DNA of 64,000 bases from Blasia pusilla (lineage: Eukaryota), in contig CM114271.1 of assembly GCA_050084515.1 (NCBI GenBank), positions 3,906,001-3,970,000 on the forward strand, written 5' to 3'. The notes under the pieces were generated by a model. The model was given only the letters and a program-made list of their open reading frames with translations, had not been told where the DNA came from and ran no database searches. This document shows positions 1-14,542 of this stretch, piece by piece. The translations under genes and the position numbers were made by a program. Every line of letters starts with the position of its first letter. Position 1 is the stretch's first letter.

Positions 1-727
1 GCACCGCACGCTTGGCCTTGCTGTAGGCGAATCCCGGAAGATCCACAGGTAAGCTCATCAGCCCGACGTTGAAGAGATTGTAGTCATTCATGAATTGCTC
101 GCGCGCAGCGTCTTCCATATAAGGCCCCACGAACGCTGCCTGGGATGTCTCCAGGTTTAAATCACGCAACAGCAGTCTCATTTTTAAAGGCCCATCCTTG
201 GCCAGCTCGATCCAATTCGCTATATGCTTCCTGATTAGCTTCTCCTGAATGGCTACATACACCCCCAAAGCTTTGTAAGTGAAATTGGGGGCAAGCCGCC
301 TGCGCAAGTCCCGGTGGTAATCCCCGAACAGGAAGATGAGATTATCCTCACCGAACAGTTTCTTCCCGAACGGGTGGCCGATCAGCTGGAACACTTCCGG
401 TTTCACATTCGCGAAAATTTTCTGCGACAGCTCCGTATCTCTAACGAAAACAATGAACCTACCGAACAACACATTCCAAGACAAGCCGACCTTAGACGCA
501 GCCTTGGCCTGGTCGTTCCAGAACTTCGCTGGGTCTCGCACCATGCCAATCGCATCTCCCAAGAATGGCACTACCAACCACGGTCCGGGCAAGTGCTTCC
601 CCTTAAAAACGTAGGACAGTTGCTCGAACACTAACCACAACGCCACCACTACTCCCACGATCAGCTGCCATTCCATCCACGACTGGAATCCCCACCGTGC
701 AGTCCTGGTTTCTGTCGTCAATTCCAT
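1..727 (-). CDS. CYP710A: Cytochrome P450 CYP710 family, sterol C-22 desaturase (5' part; continues beyond window start)
   Basis: Manual translation from the ATG at 727: MELTTETRTARWGFQSWMEWQLIVGVVVALWLVFEQLSYVFKGKHLPGPWLVVPFLGDAIGMVRDPAKFWNDQ...LIGHPFGKKLFGEDNLIFLFGDYHRDLRRRLAPNFT...RDLNLETSQAAFVGPY...DYNLFNVGLMSLPVDLPGFAY. It has an N-terminal membrane anchor, a Pro-rich hinge and CYP710-typical blocks. Absent from the ORF track because there is no stop in the window. Confidence 0.92.
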   Translation of the reverse strand, partial: MELTTETRTARWGFQSWMEWQLIVGVVVALWLVFEQLSYVFKGKHLPGPWLVVPFLGDAIGMVRDPAKFWNDQAKAASKVGLSWNVLFGRFIVFVRDTELSQKIFANVKPEVFQLIGHPFGKKLFGEDNLIFLFGDYHRDLRRRLAPNFTYKALGVYVAIQEKLIRKHIANWIELAKDGPLKMRLLLRDLNLETSQAAFVGPYMEDAAREQFMNDYNLFNVGLMSLPVDLPGFAYSKAKRAV

Positions 728-3700
728 TCCTCCCTGTCCGCGACTCTCTCGACTTGATCGGCCTCGGGGGAACAAGAGCGATGATACGCCGAGAGATGTA
801 TATATCACTATAGCCGGAAAAGCCCTCCCCGTGGAAACGCTCGCAGCTGGTTGGGCAGACTAGAGTATGCGCGGAGACAGACCACGGAGACGCAGTGGCA
901 ATGACACCTCTATTTATGCCTGCCCCGACGCTGACGGACCTGCCTGCTGCTTCTTGTGCTGCATCGGCCACTCCAGACTCCAGACGCCACAGCGGCCCCG
1001 CCAGCGACCCACCCTGCGCTTCTAATGAGGGCAGCTTCTGGGACAGCTGCATTCTCACACTGTTATCGCGCCTGTGCGCTTCGCGATTTGTCAGACTGAC
1101 GGAACTTCACGGAAGTCCTTACATGGGCCGTATGTCCGTTGTGGCTAGGACCCGTCACTAGCCAAAATGCCCTACGCACACAAAGAGTACGGCTTCCAAA
1201 GATAGACGGATTTCCCGAGGACACGTGCTGCGAAGCGAAGAGTGTTGCTTTACGATCCAACATACTTTCGCATTTCTTACCCGAACACGTGAAGTAATCG
1301 TACTAAACGCACGGCCAAGATGCATTCGGCTAGTCCACCCGTGAGATACGGGTAAAGGGTAAAGGGCAAAGGACTCGAGGCGCATTCAGAAATCATTCTT
1401 GAAAGTAGGAGGCTAAAAAATGATGCCTATTTTTTATTTGAACTGTTAACTTTTTGTATTATCATATGTTACTTTGAGAAAGAAATTCTGAGACTTTTTA
1501 TTGTTATATTTTTAGGCTAATGGGATTTTGAAGAGGATTAGAAAGCTCTCTTGTTGTTTTTTTCTGTGATTTCATGTTAGGGGGAATGTACTATTTCAGG
1601 TTTTGACTCTTTGAGTCCCCCTCTTTTGTACTCCGATGGGTTTTCCATCACTCGTTTTTATCGAAGTGCATCTTTTCGTTTTGAGAAAGAAATTCTGAGA
1701 CTTTTTATTGTTATATTTTTTACAATGTTTAGAAGGATTAGAAATTATTTTTTTCTGTATTTCATGTGTACTATTTCAACGCATTAGGTGCTAACTAAAA
1801 CAAGAATTTCGGAGGAGATGTAAGAATGAATCTTTTCTTTTATGAGACAAAAGAAAGGGATAAATTTTAAACAAGCCTTTCATGAGGAAGTTTTTTTCAA
1901 AGTGTAAAGTTTTTCAATTTGTGAGGGGGAAGGAAGGGATAAATTTTGAACCAGAAAGGGCTTTGAACGGGATTTTTTTTTAAATGGCTTAATTTGCAAT
2001 CAAAGAGGGAGATACAAAGTTGGAGAAGGTTTCTTACTTGATATGGTGGAACAAATACTAGTAGGCCCTCATCCCATAAATAGTCCATCGTCATCCTAAG
2101 CCTCTCATGAAGAATTTAACCTTTCGGGTAAGGGGGAAGGGGAGGGAGTGAGGGAGAAGAGGTGAATCTTGTGGATATCTCAATATGATAAAATTTGTTT
2201 TCATTTTTTTATGAGTGGTCATACAACTTTTCTAGTATGTACTACTAAAAAATCCATACCTTCCAAGGAATATTAAATTCATTACACTAAATAGAATTAT
2301 GAAAGTCCAAGTAAACTCAACTACTTCAATTCTTATGAAAGCAGTATAAATTTTAAACAAGAATTTTTAGATGAATCTTCAAAACATCAAGTTATAAGGA
2401 GATCATATGTTTTCTTATCAATCATTTGTCCATTTCTTATCTTAAGGAAGTTAGTTCCTTGTGTTCTCCATCAAATCTATTTTTTTAATTCTATGCATCT
2501 CGTCTTAGGTTTACTTAAGTTCATATTATGAGGTGGGATTCTAATAAGTGAAAATAAATTTATATTTTATAATTAAATAATTTATCTCACAAAAACATGG
2601 AGGGGTTTATGGAATAATAGAAGGAATCCTCTTTGTAAAGTAGAAGATTTCAAGTCCAAATCATTCCAATGATTTCATAATCTCACAATGCCAACAAAAA
2701 CCTATCTTAGACCCTAAATTCAGTTGTGATCTTTCCAAGATAGGATGTGAACTTCATATACTTGGATAATTATTATCTAGTTGTCTTGCTTCAAGAAAGA
2801 GGACTATCAAACCACAAAGAAGATCTAATGTAAAATTTTAAACATAACAATGATTTAACCAACCCACCCAAAAAATAAAGACAGTCTTGAAAATTTCAAA
2901 TCCAAAACAATCTCTTATTCTTAGCATCCACGAATACTCTCACCTTCCATAATTTCCTCCCATCTTTTCTTGCTTTCAAGGCTCCCACTTTCCATAAAAT
3001 ATTTTTTATTCAAAAGTAGCTCATACTCATGAGAAAGCCTTTACATGTCTTACTTTAGGTTACTTTTTAAGTTTTATTCAAAAAATAGAGAAAGAAATTT
3101 CTTCTTTACTATTCACCTTTTGCTCCCAAAATTTTTTTGAGTCCCCCTTTCTTATACCTTTTAAGTTATGATCTCAAAATTTTGCTTCCAAAAAACCAAG
3201 ACAAATGATTTCTATTTTTTAACTCCATTAATGCTAATTTCACTTATTGGCTATTTTTCTTAAAGAAAATTGTGATAGTTGTTAAAATTCTTTTCGAAGC
3301 TAGTTAGTCAAAAACATATTCTCTAAGCTAGTCGTCAAACTTCCTCTCCAATCGCACCTATCAAAGTTAAGACTTCTTCTTTGTATGATGAATTATCATT
3401 CTTGGTAATGGTAGTTTTATCCCACCTATAAATTTTTTTTCTTGAGTTTCATGCTTACTCTTATATTCCTAGTTTTGGAGTAAACCATTCAAATCCAGTT
3501 CAATAGTGGTGCTAATTTGTTGGTGCTTTCTTTATCTTGGGAGGTGCTCCTTTCATTCTCTACTAAGTTTAGAGTTTGACGATAAGGATTTTAAAAAGTC
3601 TTGGAGGACATATGTATCTTACATAGGAAACTCCAAAGCATATTAGAAATGAGAATACATGGAATGTTACCAAAAAAAGATATAAAAAAATTGGCCATTA

Positions 3701-6700
3701 AATGCATAATATATATAGTTCCTAAGTATGGATGGTGTTTAGATCAAATCAGCTACAATGTTACAAGAGTAAAATAGATGATGACCAACCTCTTGGAAAT
3801 ACCATAACTTTTTGGCTCAATAAAAAAATGAGTTACTACTTTTGATCTTACAATTTCTTCTTCCCTTTCTTCACATTAAATGTTATTGTAAACACTTTAA
3901 AATTTCCTCTACCTAAGATTACACGAATCCATAAACACAAATTTGGTGGGATCTCTAGTAGAAGTTGCTACCAGAGCAAATGGATGAGCATCTCCTTAAA
4001 TAGTCTCAACTCGATCAATAGAGAGTTAAATATCCTCTCCAAGTTTACTCTAGATAGAAACCTCTAATGTTTATAATAGCCCATAGGAAATTCCTTGACA
4101 ACTAAGGAAGCTAGTGGAATCATATTTTAAAGATGAGCATGTGGAATCATCCATCAAATTAGAGCCAATAGAATCACACATCATTTAAAAAATATTTAAA
4201 AAGAAGTTGGATTTTTATGACTCTCGGAAGAGAAAAAATATATGAGAAGGTTATTAAAGTTAGTATAAAGCTAGAGAACATTTCGTCACACCTCTCAAAT
4301 CTTCGATGAGATTTCGTTCTCAATGCAATTTCTAGAAGGGATACATGTCAAATAATCCCTTCTCTATTTCAAAATAGCCACCCACTTTCAATTAGTAGTA
4401 AAGATGTATATGTTGAGTCTCATATTTGAGAGTGGTTTCTAGCTTTATGTGTATATGGATTATGACAAAAATTCCTCATAATTCATGGTCATACTATGTA
4501 TCAAAAAGTTCTTTTTAAAAATATTTTTAAAGATATGAACTTACATAAAGAAAAATGGAATTTAAATAATATCCCCTTTTCTCATAATTAAACGTGATTC
4601 TCTACAAAAAAAAGAAGGAACTATTCCTTCTTTGGGCAATACTTCTTAAAAAAAAATTTCTCCTCATTAAAAAGTTTGCAAGTACTCTCTTCTTTCCGTC
4701 CCGTATATAGGAAAAAAATTAAAAGAGAATGGACATTGATACTAGATTTCCTTAACATAATATTGTCCTATATATAGATATTCCATCGAAGGCATGAAAA
4801 ATGATAAATAACTTATTTTTGCGTAAAAATTGGACAAAACATTTTATGGTGAGAAAGTGATAAAACATGCTAATGGAAATTGGAAAAATCGATATAAAAA
4901 TTCCTTGATCGATTAAAAAAAGGTTCTATATCTTCTAAGGTGTGTTACATTATAAATTATATTGAATTTTTTCCTTTGATCATACCATGCACTTTTAAAA
5001 TGCAAAAATATCCAAAAGTGCACGTTATGTCATTTACATGGGAGTAGACAATATCTTCTTGGCTTAATCAAATAGGTCAATCATTGATCATCATTGGTCA
5101 AGAATTACATATTGAGGATCCTTCAAGTAACTTATTATTTATTGTGAGTCATGTATTTTAATTCAACATAGTTGACTTTTCGTTATGAAATTGCTTCTTA
5201 GTCCACTATAGGATTAGGTATTTAGAGGTGACTTGTGTATATAAGTCATTAGGAACATGAAGCGGGTATACCTCAAGAGAGACGTATTAGGATCTCGTTT
5301 TCTCTTTTATTGAACCTCCTTCTATAAAATAGCAAAGTTCTAGTCTTCTCTTACCTTGTGAGTAACCACGAGTCTTTCACTATGAGAATGTGTTTGGTTT
5401 GACATAGAAGAGATCTTGGTAATATGAGAGTGTTGATACACTTAAAATTTATTGGAGAACTTTTGGTATATGATTATTTTTATGTTTAATTTGCATGAGT
5501 AAGTCTCATTTCTAGGTTCTTCAACTTGTTGGATAGGAATAAGAATTTATATATGCAGAACATACACTTTTTTCATACTTTTAGCCAATTTGGACCTTTA
5601 ATAAATGAAAAAATTCTAGTCCATGTTTTATTTCTCCTTTTTAGTTGATCATTCTATTTTATAGTTATGAATTATATTTCTTTTTATATTTTCTATTTGA
5701 ATATTATTTATCAAAAATTAAGAAATTAAATTATTTTATTAATGAATGAGAAATTAAATTTAAAATAAAAAAATATTTATCCCATAGTTGTGAAAGATTT
5801 TGAAAGACTTAATTTTAATTTAGGATTTCTAAACACTTTTTGTTGTATGAAAGTTCTCGTTATTAATAATAGTACTTTGTGTTCCTGCTAAGGATTAGGT
5901 GCATGGTAGCATATAAACGGACATAAACGGACAAGTCTAGACTTTGGACATGGATTGCAAGAGGCAGGATCCACACTTATAGTTCATGATGAAAGGCAAG
6001 GCAAGGGCGAGTGAAGTACTAAGGGGGGAGGGAGTGAACGTGGAGGAAGGAAGAAACGGGAGAGTATGGAACATGAAGGCAAGTGGGGGGAATGAGAAAG
6101 GGAAGGTAGGGCTTATGTTCGTCCGACGGTCAAACAAGTATGTGCAGGCACGGGTACCGCTCGAGCCCGCCCCTGAGCCTGTCGCGTAGATCCAAGCTGG
6201 CCAAGCCCAAACCAGCCCGCGCGGGCTCGTGCTACAAGACAATCGAGAAGAAGAGAAGAGGATTTAAACTTCCCTTTCTATTGATGCGATTATTGTTTCA
6301 TTTCTTAAGGAGGTTAGCTTTCTTTTCTATGAAAATTTCTAGAGACACTCAATTTGTAAGTTATCTTTTTGCCTTTCAATTTTTGTTTTTTCTCTTTTGG
6401 TCTTTATTTCAAAATTCACTTGTGGAACTTATATTATGTTTAAGGGTTCAGTTTCATCTTGACCCATCCAGTACATCGAAATAATGTTGGGATTTTTTTT
6501 ATTGCCCCACCCTTTTTCCATTTGATGAAAATAATGATACTTTTGCCCTTTTCTAAATCTGTGGACTAAAGAAAAAAAAAAAAAAACCAGAGGGGTAAGT
6601 GGTGAAAGAGATGTGCTAGATATCTCTCTTAGTCAAGTTTTTAACTCTCGAATTCCATATTCAATTTATTTAGGGAGAAAGAAATTTAAGCCATTGTATA

Positions 6701-6989
6701 TAGCAAGATAAAGCATTCTCAAATGACAACTTACTCTTCAAATTCCTTTTGAATTTTGTTTCAGTGGAGATAGGGTTGGTTTACTCCACCATAATTCAAC
6801 CAATCAAGCATAGAATTTTACGAGATAAGATTGAAGCAGTCAAGCATGTAAATTTGTGAGATGGGAAGCTCATGATGTGGTTACATACTTGAAGATCCCT
6901 ATGGGGAGATAATAGACGCTCCCATCCTAAGAGAGCAATTTTCCAATTCTTTTCAGCTCATTTGGAGCTATATATTCCGGATAATTTCC

Positions 6990-7290
6990 GATTATAAGTA
7001 GAGATAACTTTCCACTTGGGAAGTGGCACTTGACCCCCTATATGAGGTTAAGAGCCAAGGAGGTGAGGTGTGAGCATAGGTTACCATGGAGAGAGCTTAG
7101 GAGAGGGAAGAGGGTATACCCAAGGAGAGAGAGCTTTGGAGCTCAATCTCTATTTGTTAAACCTATTGGCATGAGTCGGCTGAGCTATGGTCCTCCTTGC
7201 CTTGTGAGGAACCCAAGCCTCTCATTAGGAGAGTGAGTTTGGTTTGACAGAAGAGAGATATAGTGATTTACAAAGAGAGAATGAGAGATT
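6990..7290. repeat. Dispersed repeat (probably an LTR fragment); inverted relative to copies at ~14540-14850 and ~53050-53390
   Basis: gagctatggtcctccttgccttgtgaggaacccaagcctctcattaggagagtgagtttgg is the approximate reverse complement of aaactcattctcctaatgagaggcttgggttactcaaaaggcaagaaggaccatagct (~14548) and of the 53 kb copies. Boundaries are approximate. Confidence 0.7.
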
Positions 7291-9449
7291 AGGAGCGCTA
7301 TAATGCGGGAGATTATTGTTTTCTTTCTGTATTTGCACGTTGGAGATTGTGTTCTCCATTGAGCGGCTCATCGGAGTGCTCTTGGGAGCAAGACCTGCTC
7401 GTTTCTATGCTTTGTTATGTAAATTTGTATACAAGAGAATCACGCGTGGAAGCGTTGCCCAATTTTTGATAGGATTTTAGTATGGGGACAGGGTTCTCCA
7501 TGTTAGTACTCTCAAGAGCACCTTGTAGCTTGCTAGAGGTAGTCTGCACAGTTTCTCAGTTGTTTGTGGGAGAAATCAATATGGAAGCACTACCAAATGT
7601 TTCGTAGGGTAGGAGGCCGCAAGCTGCACGATATTTTTTGTTAGTTTTTTATGGAAGGTTAAATGAAGAAATTGATTTGACGACGTCATAGTTGGAAAGT
7701 ATTGCACATTTTTAAAGAAATAGTGGGCAATTCAGACATGTGAGCATGGATTTGTGCCCTTTTTCAAGGGCTATCATACCCAACTTGTGAAGGAATGAGT
7801 AGTTTCAAAAATTTTGGTAAAATTCTTAGTTAAGAGGTAGAAAAAAGTAAACAATTATTTTATCTTAGTGCATAGGACAAGGGGAAAAAGTGATTTAAGG
7901 GTGAAGTCAAATAGAAACTTTATGTAGTGGGGGTTGACTCAAGATTTATGGGGCTTAGTGAGTATAAGACAAATGTAAGATAATTTTAGTAAGTTGATCC
8001 TTGGTTTAAGGGGTTGGTGGAGTGGGAAAAAAAAAAGAAATGACTTTTGAATAAGGTTAAAATGGAGCCATGTTTATTCACATGTGAGATATTATAATTA
8101 TCATTGGTGTTCTTGGACCATCTACCATTCAACCATTGTCGTCTATTTGACAACCGTCAACTATCGCTCGTTGCTATTCGAGTGTCGTTGACAAATGGGG
8201 TCAATGATTAGGCTATGCATAATGATGGGTAGCCGCTCACAAGGCCGCTTGACAATGATCGAGTACCGTGTCGTGATGCCCATAGTCGCAACGCGCTACC
8301 AATTGTTAAGTCGTGCCGCTCGTGCCCGCATCACACCGTCTCGATCACGGACCCACACCATCATTGAAGAGCACATTGTGTATTGCTGATAGAGGAGGGG
8401 ATGCTTCTGCGTGTTGCATTCCATCATCGAGTGCCGTGATGTTTGTAGTTGTACCGTGCCGCCAGTGCCCCACCGTACAGATGTATCCGCACAACACATC
8501 GAGGAGATTTGAGCATGACTTGTTGATTGGAGGAGTTATGTTCACACTTGAGTTGGGGTTGAGATTTGCAGTTGCTGAGGAGTGATAGAGACATTCTTCA
8601 GGTTATCCATTTTGGTATTTTTTCCTATACGTATGAGGGATTTCCAGATATGGTGTAGTTATTTGGGATATTGGGTTTGTACGGATGTTGAGAGGATCAT
8701 TAATGTATGTGATTAGGGGACAAAGATGTGTGTTGGCTGTCTAAAGTTGAAAGTATATATAGTCTATCGATGAGATGATAGGATAATTGTCAATTTTTTG
8801 CACCACGCCACTTGTTGCCTCACATTACACATCCTCAGTGCGAGGGAATGTAGATTGAGTGCCACATCCTTAGACTAAGTGATGGAAGGATTACTCATGA
8901 GAGTGAAATTGATCATGTGAGAGGGTTACGAGGGTCATCATGACATCCTTTCGAGACTTTGAAAGGGGAGGTGGTGTGTCTGAGAGTAGCTCTAGAAGAT
9001 TTACGCGTAGTGGCGCGAGGTTTTGAGGGTCTCCATGTGAGGGATTGCCTCGATCTCCTTCAGTGCCATCCTTATACAAGGGAGAGGGCGTAGTAGAGTT
9101 TGTTAGTACATCATCGCATATATTGAATAGTCATACCACCTAAGCGTACGAGATGGACGACCAAGATAGATGACCACGTAGCCTTTTGGGGGATGTGAGT
9201 CCAAATAGTTATACGGCTTCATTGCAGAGTTAAGGAGTTGGAGTGACTCATAGAGGGTCAAGAACTCCAAAGAGTTTAACCCTTTCATAGCATGGAATGA
9301 GATGTTCCAGTACATAGAGTTTTCCCAATAGTACGGACCCGAGATTGAGGCCTGGAGACTCTCAATCTAGAATGATTCCATGGATGTATTCCTTTTTGGA
9401 GGAACAAGAATCACTCTTTGATACAAAGGGATTCCATCATTCTATGAAC

Positions 9450-10880
9450 AAGGAACATTGGAGAAGCGATTTTGAATGAAGGATAAGGTGTTATTTGCAA
9501 TGCTTTACATAATGAGCTTGATAGAATTGGCTTCAATATTCTCAAACCATTCTCTCCAAGGATATTTTTCATCGATGATCCAGATGGAACCAAAAACACA
9601 TGGCAGAAAGAAATTTTTATATAATATTCTTCTTGCAAGTGTATGAAGCGTAAGATGTATTGCTTTGGCAATGGTATCATCTGGAATAGCTTCTCAATTG
9701 TTAGACGGAGGACGTCAAACACATTCAAGCTTCAAGATTTTGGTCAACATTCATGAGAGTACTTCTTGCAAGTAAGCATTTTCTTATTCAAAATCCCAAT
9801 TTCTAAAATATTCATTTATATTTTTCATCCCTCTTAGTATAAGAAATTATAATTTACTTCCCTGTGTGATTTATAATTTATCAATCAATAGTGATGCAGC
9901 GTGCTTAGTCCGTGTTGCAATGCTTATTATATGGGATGAAGTACCTTTAACTCATCATCACGCGTTTGAGGCAATAAATCAATCTTTCCAAGATATTATA
10001 ACTGTGATCTCTTCGTATCTAAGGAAAATATCATTTGATGGAAAACTCAGGATATTTGGTGGTGACTTAGTTTTCATCAAGTGTCGCCTTTTATTTGTCA
10101 TGGAGATTGCATGGTTGCACGAAAGCGGACATGTCCTTCCATGGGACTAATATGCCCAACCGATCCCCTATCGGGGTTTTTTCAGCACCCAAGTGGCCCA
10201 TGTGGACTCATGATGCGAGAACAGCTACGGGCTCACATTAAGTGAGGCGGGCAGGAATTGGTCCGCACATAACCCGCATTCACCCGCGGAGAGTGGGCCT
10301 ATAGCGGGCTTAGAACGGGTCGGTGCGGGTTATAAAATGAGCGACTGGTCCTTAGACTGGGTGCGGGCTGGCTGAGCCCGAGTGTACGTTGCAGGTGGGG
10401 CGGGCTCAGGCTGCAAGTACCTACGTCCGCACATACATGGATATGTCTACAGACATGGTCTTTGTCCATGCGTAACCTTGGCAGATCGTCCACAAATTAT
10501 CCAAACCACTATAAAGAGATCATCCCTATGGTCAAATATTAAGATGATAAAGTTGACAAAATACATGTGAGTTCAAAGGTTTGAAGGTCATATGCGTGCT
10601 CAACAAGAAGCTTTTGCTAATTGGTTTTGGAGGTGGGAGAGAGTCGTCTACTTTTGTATCCTCATTTGGGAGAAAATTTTATACCAGTATGACATGAAAT
10701 GGTTTCTAGTAATAATAAGATATCTGATCTTATTGATCTATAGAAAATTTTCTTCTCCATTACATGACATCAACTTCTTGAGAGATATAACTATTTTGAC
10801 ACTAACAAATAGAGATGTCGATGTAATGTTTGTGATGCAATTTCTCGGAGGGATAATAGTTTATTGTAGTTTGCTATGAC
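9450..10880 (+). mobile_element. Decayed Helitron Rep/Hel PIF1-like helicase remnant
   Basis: Broken frames give IFFIDDPDGTK (degenerate FFIDGPGGTGKT Walker A), LIIWDEVPLTHHHAFEAINQSFQDI...FDGKLRIFGGD, and IKRSSLWSNIKMIKLTKYM. These are hallmark plant Helitron helicase motifs, with many stops and frameshifts. Confidence 0.8.
10110..10480. mobile_element. Non-autonomous hAT-like MITE inserted in the Helitron helicase remnant
   Basis: GC-rich 371 bp block with imperfect TIRs CATGGTTGCAC / GCGTAACCTTG and a degenerate 8-bp TSD ggagattg (10102-10109) / gcagatcg (10481-10488). Removing it rejoins the helicase sequence. Confidence 0.6.
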
Positions 10881-13800
10881 TATTAATAAGACTCAAGAAC
10901 AAACGTTTCAAAACGTAGGAATTTCTTTGCTTGCTCACATGGTCAACTATATGTAACCTTATCGAGAGTGGATTGGAAAAATTCTATCCATATTATAATT
11001 GGAAATGACGCACATTCAAATAAAAAAATACACAAAATCTAATCTAAAAATAAAAACAAAAAGCAATAAAAATTACATATTTAATTTAAAAAACTGGACT
11101 TACATTCCATCCAACCATACATGCACGACAGCTTACCAGTTATCATTCAATACAGCCACGCCCTCTAAAAATATATCTGGCTGTTTTAATATTCCTAAAA
11201 TATTTCGGAGCCATAAATAACCACCAAATACCAATGATCGAACACCCTAATATTTCGCCACCGGGAAACCAATGAACTCGGGAATAATATTCCCGTAAGA
11301 ATGCACTCGCGACATAAATGTCGAAACAAGCGCCCGGCGGCCCCGCCTGGCCGGCCTCGTGTCACTCGACAGCTCATTTTCCACAAATGCGGAAAAGAAA
11401 AGAAAAGACCGCTTTCTCCAAAAGAGTCGTTCCCGCCAAAACCTCCGGAGTGCTGTAGCACCAAAACCGCCTCTGTCTACTACACAGAAGACGCGAACCG
11501 AAAAGAGTGCGACTGCGCGACGCGAAGAGCAGAGCCTTTGGAGATTCTCCGTCCGGGTAGGGACGTGGGGTTGTGCGTGCGTCACAAGCAGCAGTCCTCG
11601 AATGGACGGCGCATGTGCCGGTCGCGCTTATCGGCCGTTCCAGTCACGACGTACGTGGGTCGTTTCGTTTCGGTCAGTACCAGTATAGTAGGCCCTTCCT
11701 TACTTCCTTCATTTAGTAATAAGTAAGTATAAGAAGAAGTGCACGTCGACTTGTTAAGCGCTAGTAAGTAATCTCCCCAGGCTCCGGATGACCGTGACGT
11801 CACGACCACGCAACGCGACCCACCGGGCCGTCACGCTCCTGGTGGCACGGTGGCCTTTCGTAGCGTGACGAGTTGACAACTACGAGTCCTCGCCTAATGT
11901 CAGTTTTTTTATATTTGGAAAAGACAAGAAAAAGATGTAAGTATAAACAACTATGTGTATGCACGTAGAGACGTATTCGTGTTTGGATAAACTTGATCTT
12001 TCCCTAGGGAAATGGGAAAAAAATATGGTGGTAGAAAAACTGATTTTTTGAGCTTTTAGTGGGTGGGACAAAAAAGTTCATATCATGTATTATGAATTAA
12101 AGTAAAATGCTACTGGACGTGGGTGGTGTCTCGAGACAAGAAGAGAGATTTTTAGTTGGACTGAAAATTCGTTAGGATATGGAGAGAATGTTTCGATGAG
12201 GGGATACTATTCGGTGCAAGTATTTTTGCCTTAGTGTGTCCATACTTGTATGTCCAGAGAGCTGGAAGGATTCCCTCGAACTTTGTGCATCCAATCTTAA
12301 TTCCTACAGGGAGTGAGAAAAGAAATTTTCCTCCTCTCTCCATTCTTTATTCAGTGGTTTATTGATACATGGTGGAAAAGAAACGGATTTATCATTTCTT
12401 CTTATTTTTTCCTTAACGTTCCCCTTCACTTACCACTTTGGCTTGTCTCCATAAGATGTTTATAATTCTAAATTTGTGATTTGAATACACAAATCTGTCT
12501 TTTTTCCTGACCTTCCTTTTCAATGGTATCTGGCTGTGCTCCTCGCAAACCTTTTATTATTATTGGGATTTGGAGGGAGGAGAGCAAGGAGGATCATGAA
12601 GTGTTTTGATAGTAACTATTCCATTCCTATTGCAATCTTTTCAATGATAGACTCAATTTGTTCATCTCCTCAAGCTTGAAACTTGGATCTTTCTTTTTTC
12701 CACGTATGTTGTGTTTTTCCAACGTTTTTGAGATCTTTGGAACTCCTTCTCTTGTGAATATGCTTACATATCCCTAAACATATTTCACACATTTCACTCT
12801 TTTTATGGTTCAATTGCTACTTATAATCGGATCAAAGGATTCCTCTTGCTTTTCTCAATGTTTTTCTCCATAATGGGCATAACATTGCGACTACACATAT
12901 CAATCATCGGTGTGTGGCTATCATTGTCTCCTCACATCCTCTTTTGTGGTGTTTTCAATTTTCTTTGTTGCTTTCTCCTTGAATGTCGATTCCAAGTGTG
13001 CTAGGTCTTGTTACACTTATCTTCGTGAGCTACTTTTTTTTTTTTGGCACATTAGTGGGTTTTTTTATTTTTCTTCCTTCTCCGTTGATACATATTTTTG
13101 TGTACAAATTTTTTTTATGTCAATTCCTCTTACAAATCGTTCTTATTATTTAAATAGTTCACCTACCTTGGTTATATCCTTGAGAGCATTATAGAAAATA
13201 TCCCCTAGTTCCCCTCCTCATAAAAAATCCGATCACTATCCCTCGACACTTATACACCCATTACACTTTCTACATTTCTTTCATGTCCACTTCTCATTCC
13301 TTTTGCATCTCTTCTCACTCATTATAATCTCAATATATTACCATAGAATCCTACTACTTTGCCATCTTGATGTATCTCATCTAGACCCTTGCTCCCAACT
13401 CTCATCTTTTCTACCCTTATCCAAGGTTTCATGAAAATAGATATAAGTCCGCATCTCTTGAACACAAACTTTCTCCAATTAAAACTTGTCCCTTATTCCT
13501 CCTCTTCCTCCTCCTTATTAATTCCCCACATTGTTGTCCATTATCTCTTCCCACATCTTCCCCATTATAACCCTTCTTCTTCTATGTCTATGCCTAAGGT
13601 TTATTGCATACCTTATGGTAAGGGGATTGGGAGAATATTCCAAACGAGCATTTTTCCTTAATAGTGGCTCATCCCAATAAACACACCAATCATGGAAGGC
13701 CTTCAATACAACATCTTCGACATAGTCTACTTTTGAAAAATATTAATGATTTTTTACGTGAGGCTTGAGCATTTGGACCTCTCTCTCTTGCAGTTCCAAC

Positions 13801-14483
13801 TGCGATATAATGGCACACTTAGAACCTCATCACCCTCCTTTAAGTGGTGATGAATCAATTTTTATGGAAGACTAATGATCTTGACTTTGTTGTAGTAGGT
13901 AAGAGGAAGAATGAGATTATATTGAGGCCTATAGGGGTTCTTTTTAGTTCTCCTTTTAGGAGGTCAAGGTGACTTACTACCTTAGAGGTGATCTATATGT
14001 ATAGTCATCCTTGACTTTAGGAGTGGCACTCTTGGATAGATGCTACTTGTGATTGGTGATGAAAATTGGACCTATGGGGCCAAGTGAGATATGTTATGTA
14101 AGGAGGGTGTCCTCTTGTGAGAGGCCTTGCTTATGTATGATGATACTTGGTTGGATTAGCAATGCATGTGTACTCCACGTCATTTTCGACCTACTAGGAG
14201 GAGGCAACCTTTGTGGACAGGTTATCCATGGATGTGCTCAGGGGGGACGTTTATTATACTATGGATGATGCTTATTTGGAGCTTATCTTCCTTAGATCAC
14301 ATCCTTATTGGCATACGTCATCCAAGGAGGTGCCCAGAGGAAGGCGGTGTTATGCACATACATCATTGTCAATAATTACAACCACATATACACAAGATAA
14401 CATTCTAACTTATGACATCTTCATACCAAGATGATCATGTATCAAAATATCTCCAATAAAATCTAAAGTACTTCAACGGTGTA

Positions 14484-14485
<2 letters not shown>

Positions 14486-14538
<53 letters not shown>
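14486..14538. repeat. (CT)n microsatellite
   Basis: Direct observation. Confidence 0.97.

Positions 14539-14542
<4 letters not shown>

Noticed and set aside
314-1161. ORF-track ORFs overlapping the window start
   Set aside because: They are antisense or alternative-frame shadows of CYP710 and its 5' UTR.
1900-4800. Possible L1-type LINE remnant in AT-rich DNA
   Set aside because: Too decayed; I could not read a convincing RT or endonuclease motif.
8100-9400. Possible Gypsy integrase/PPT/LTR relic
   Set aside because: Only faint resemblance and no motif strong enough to call.
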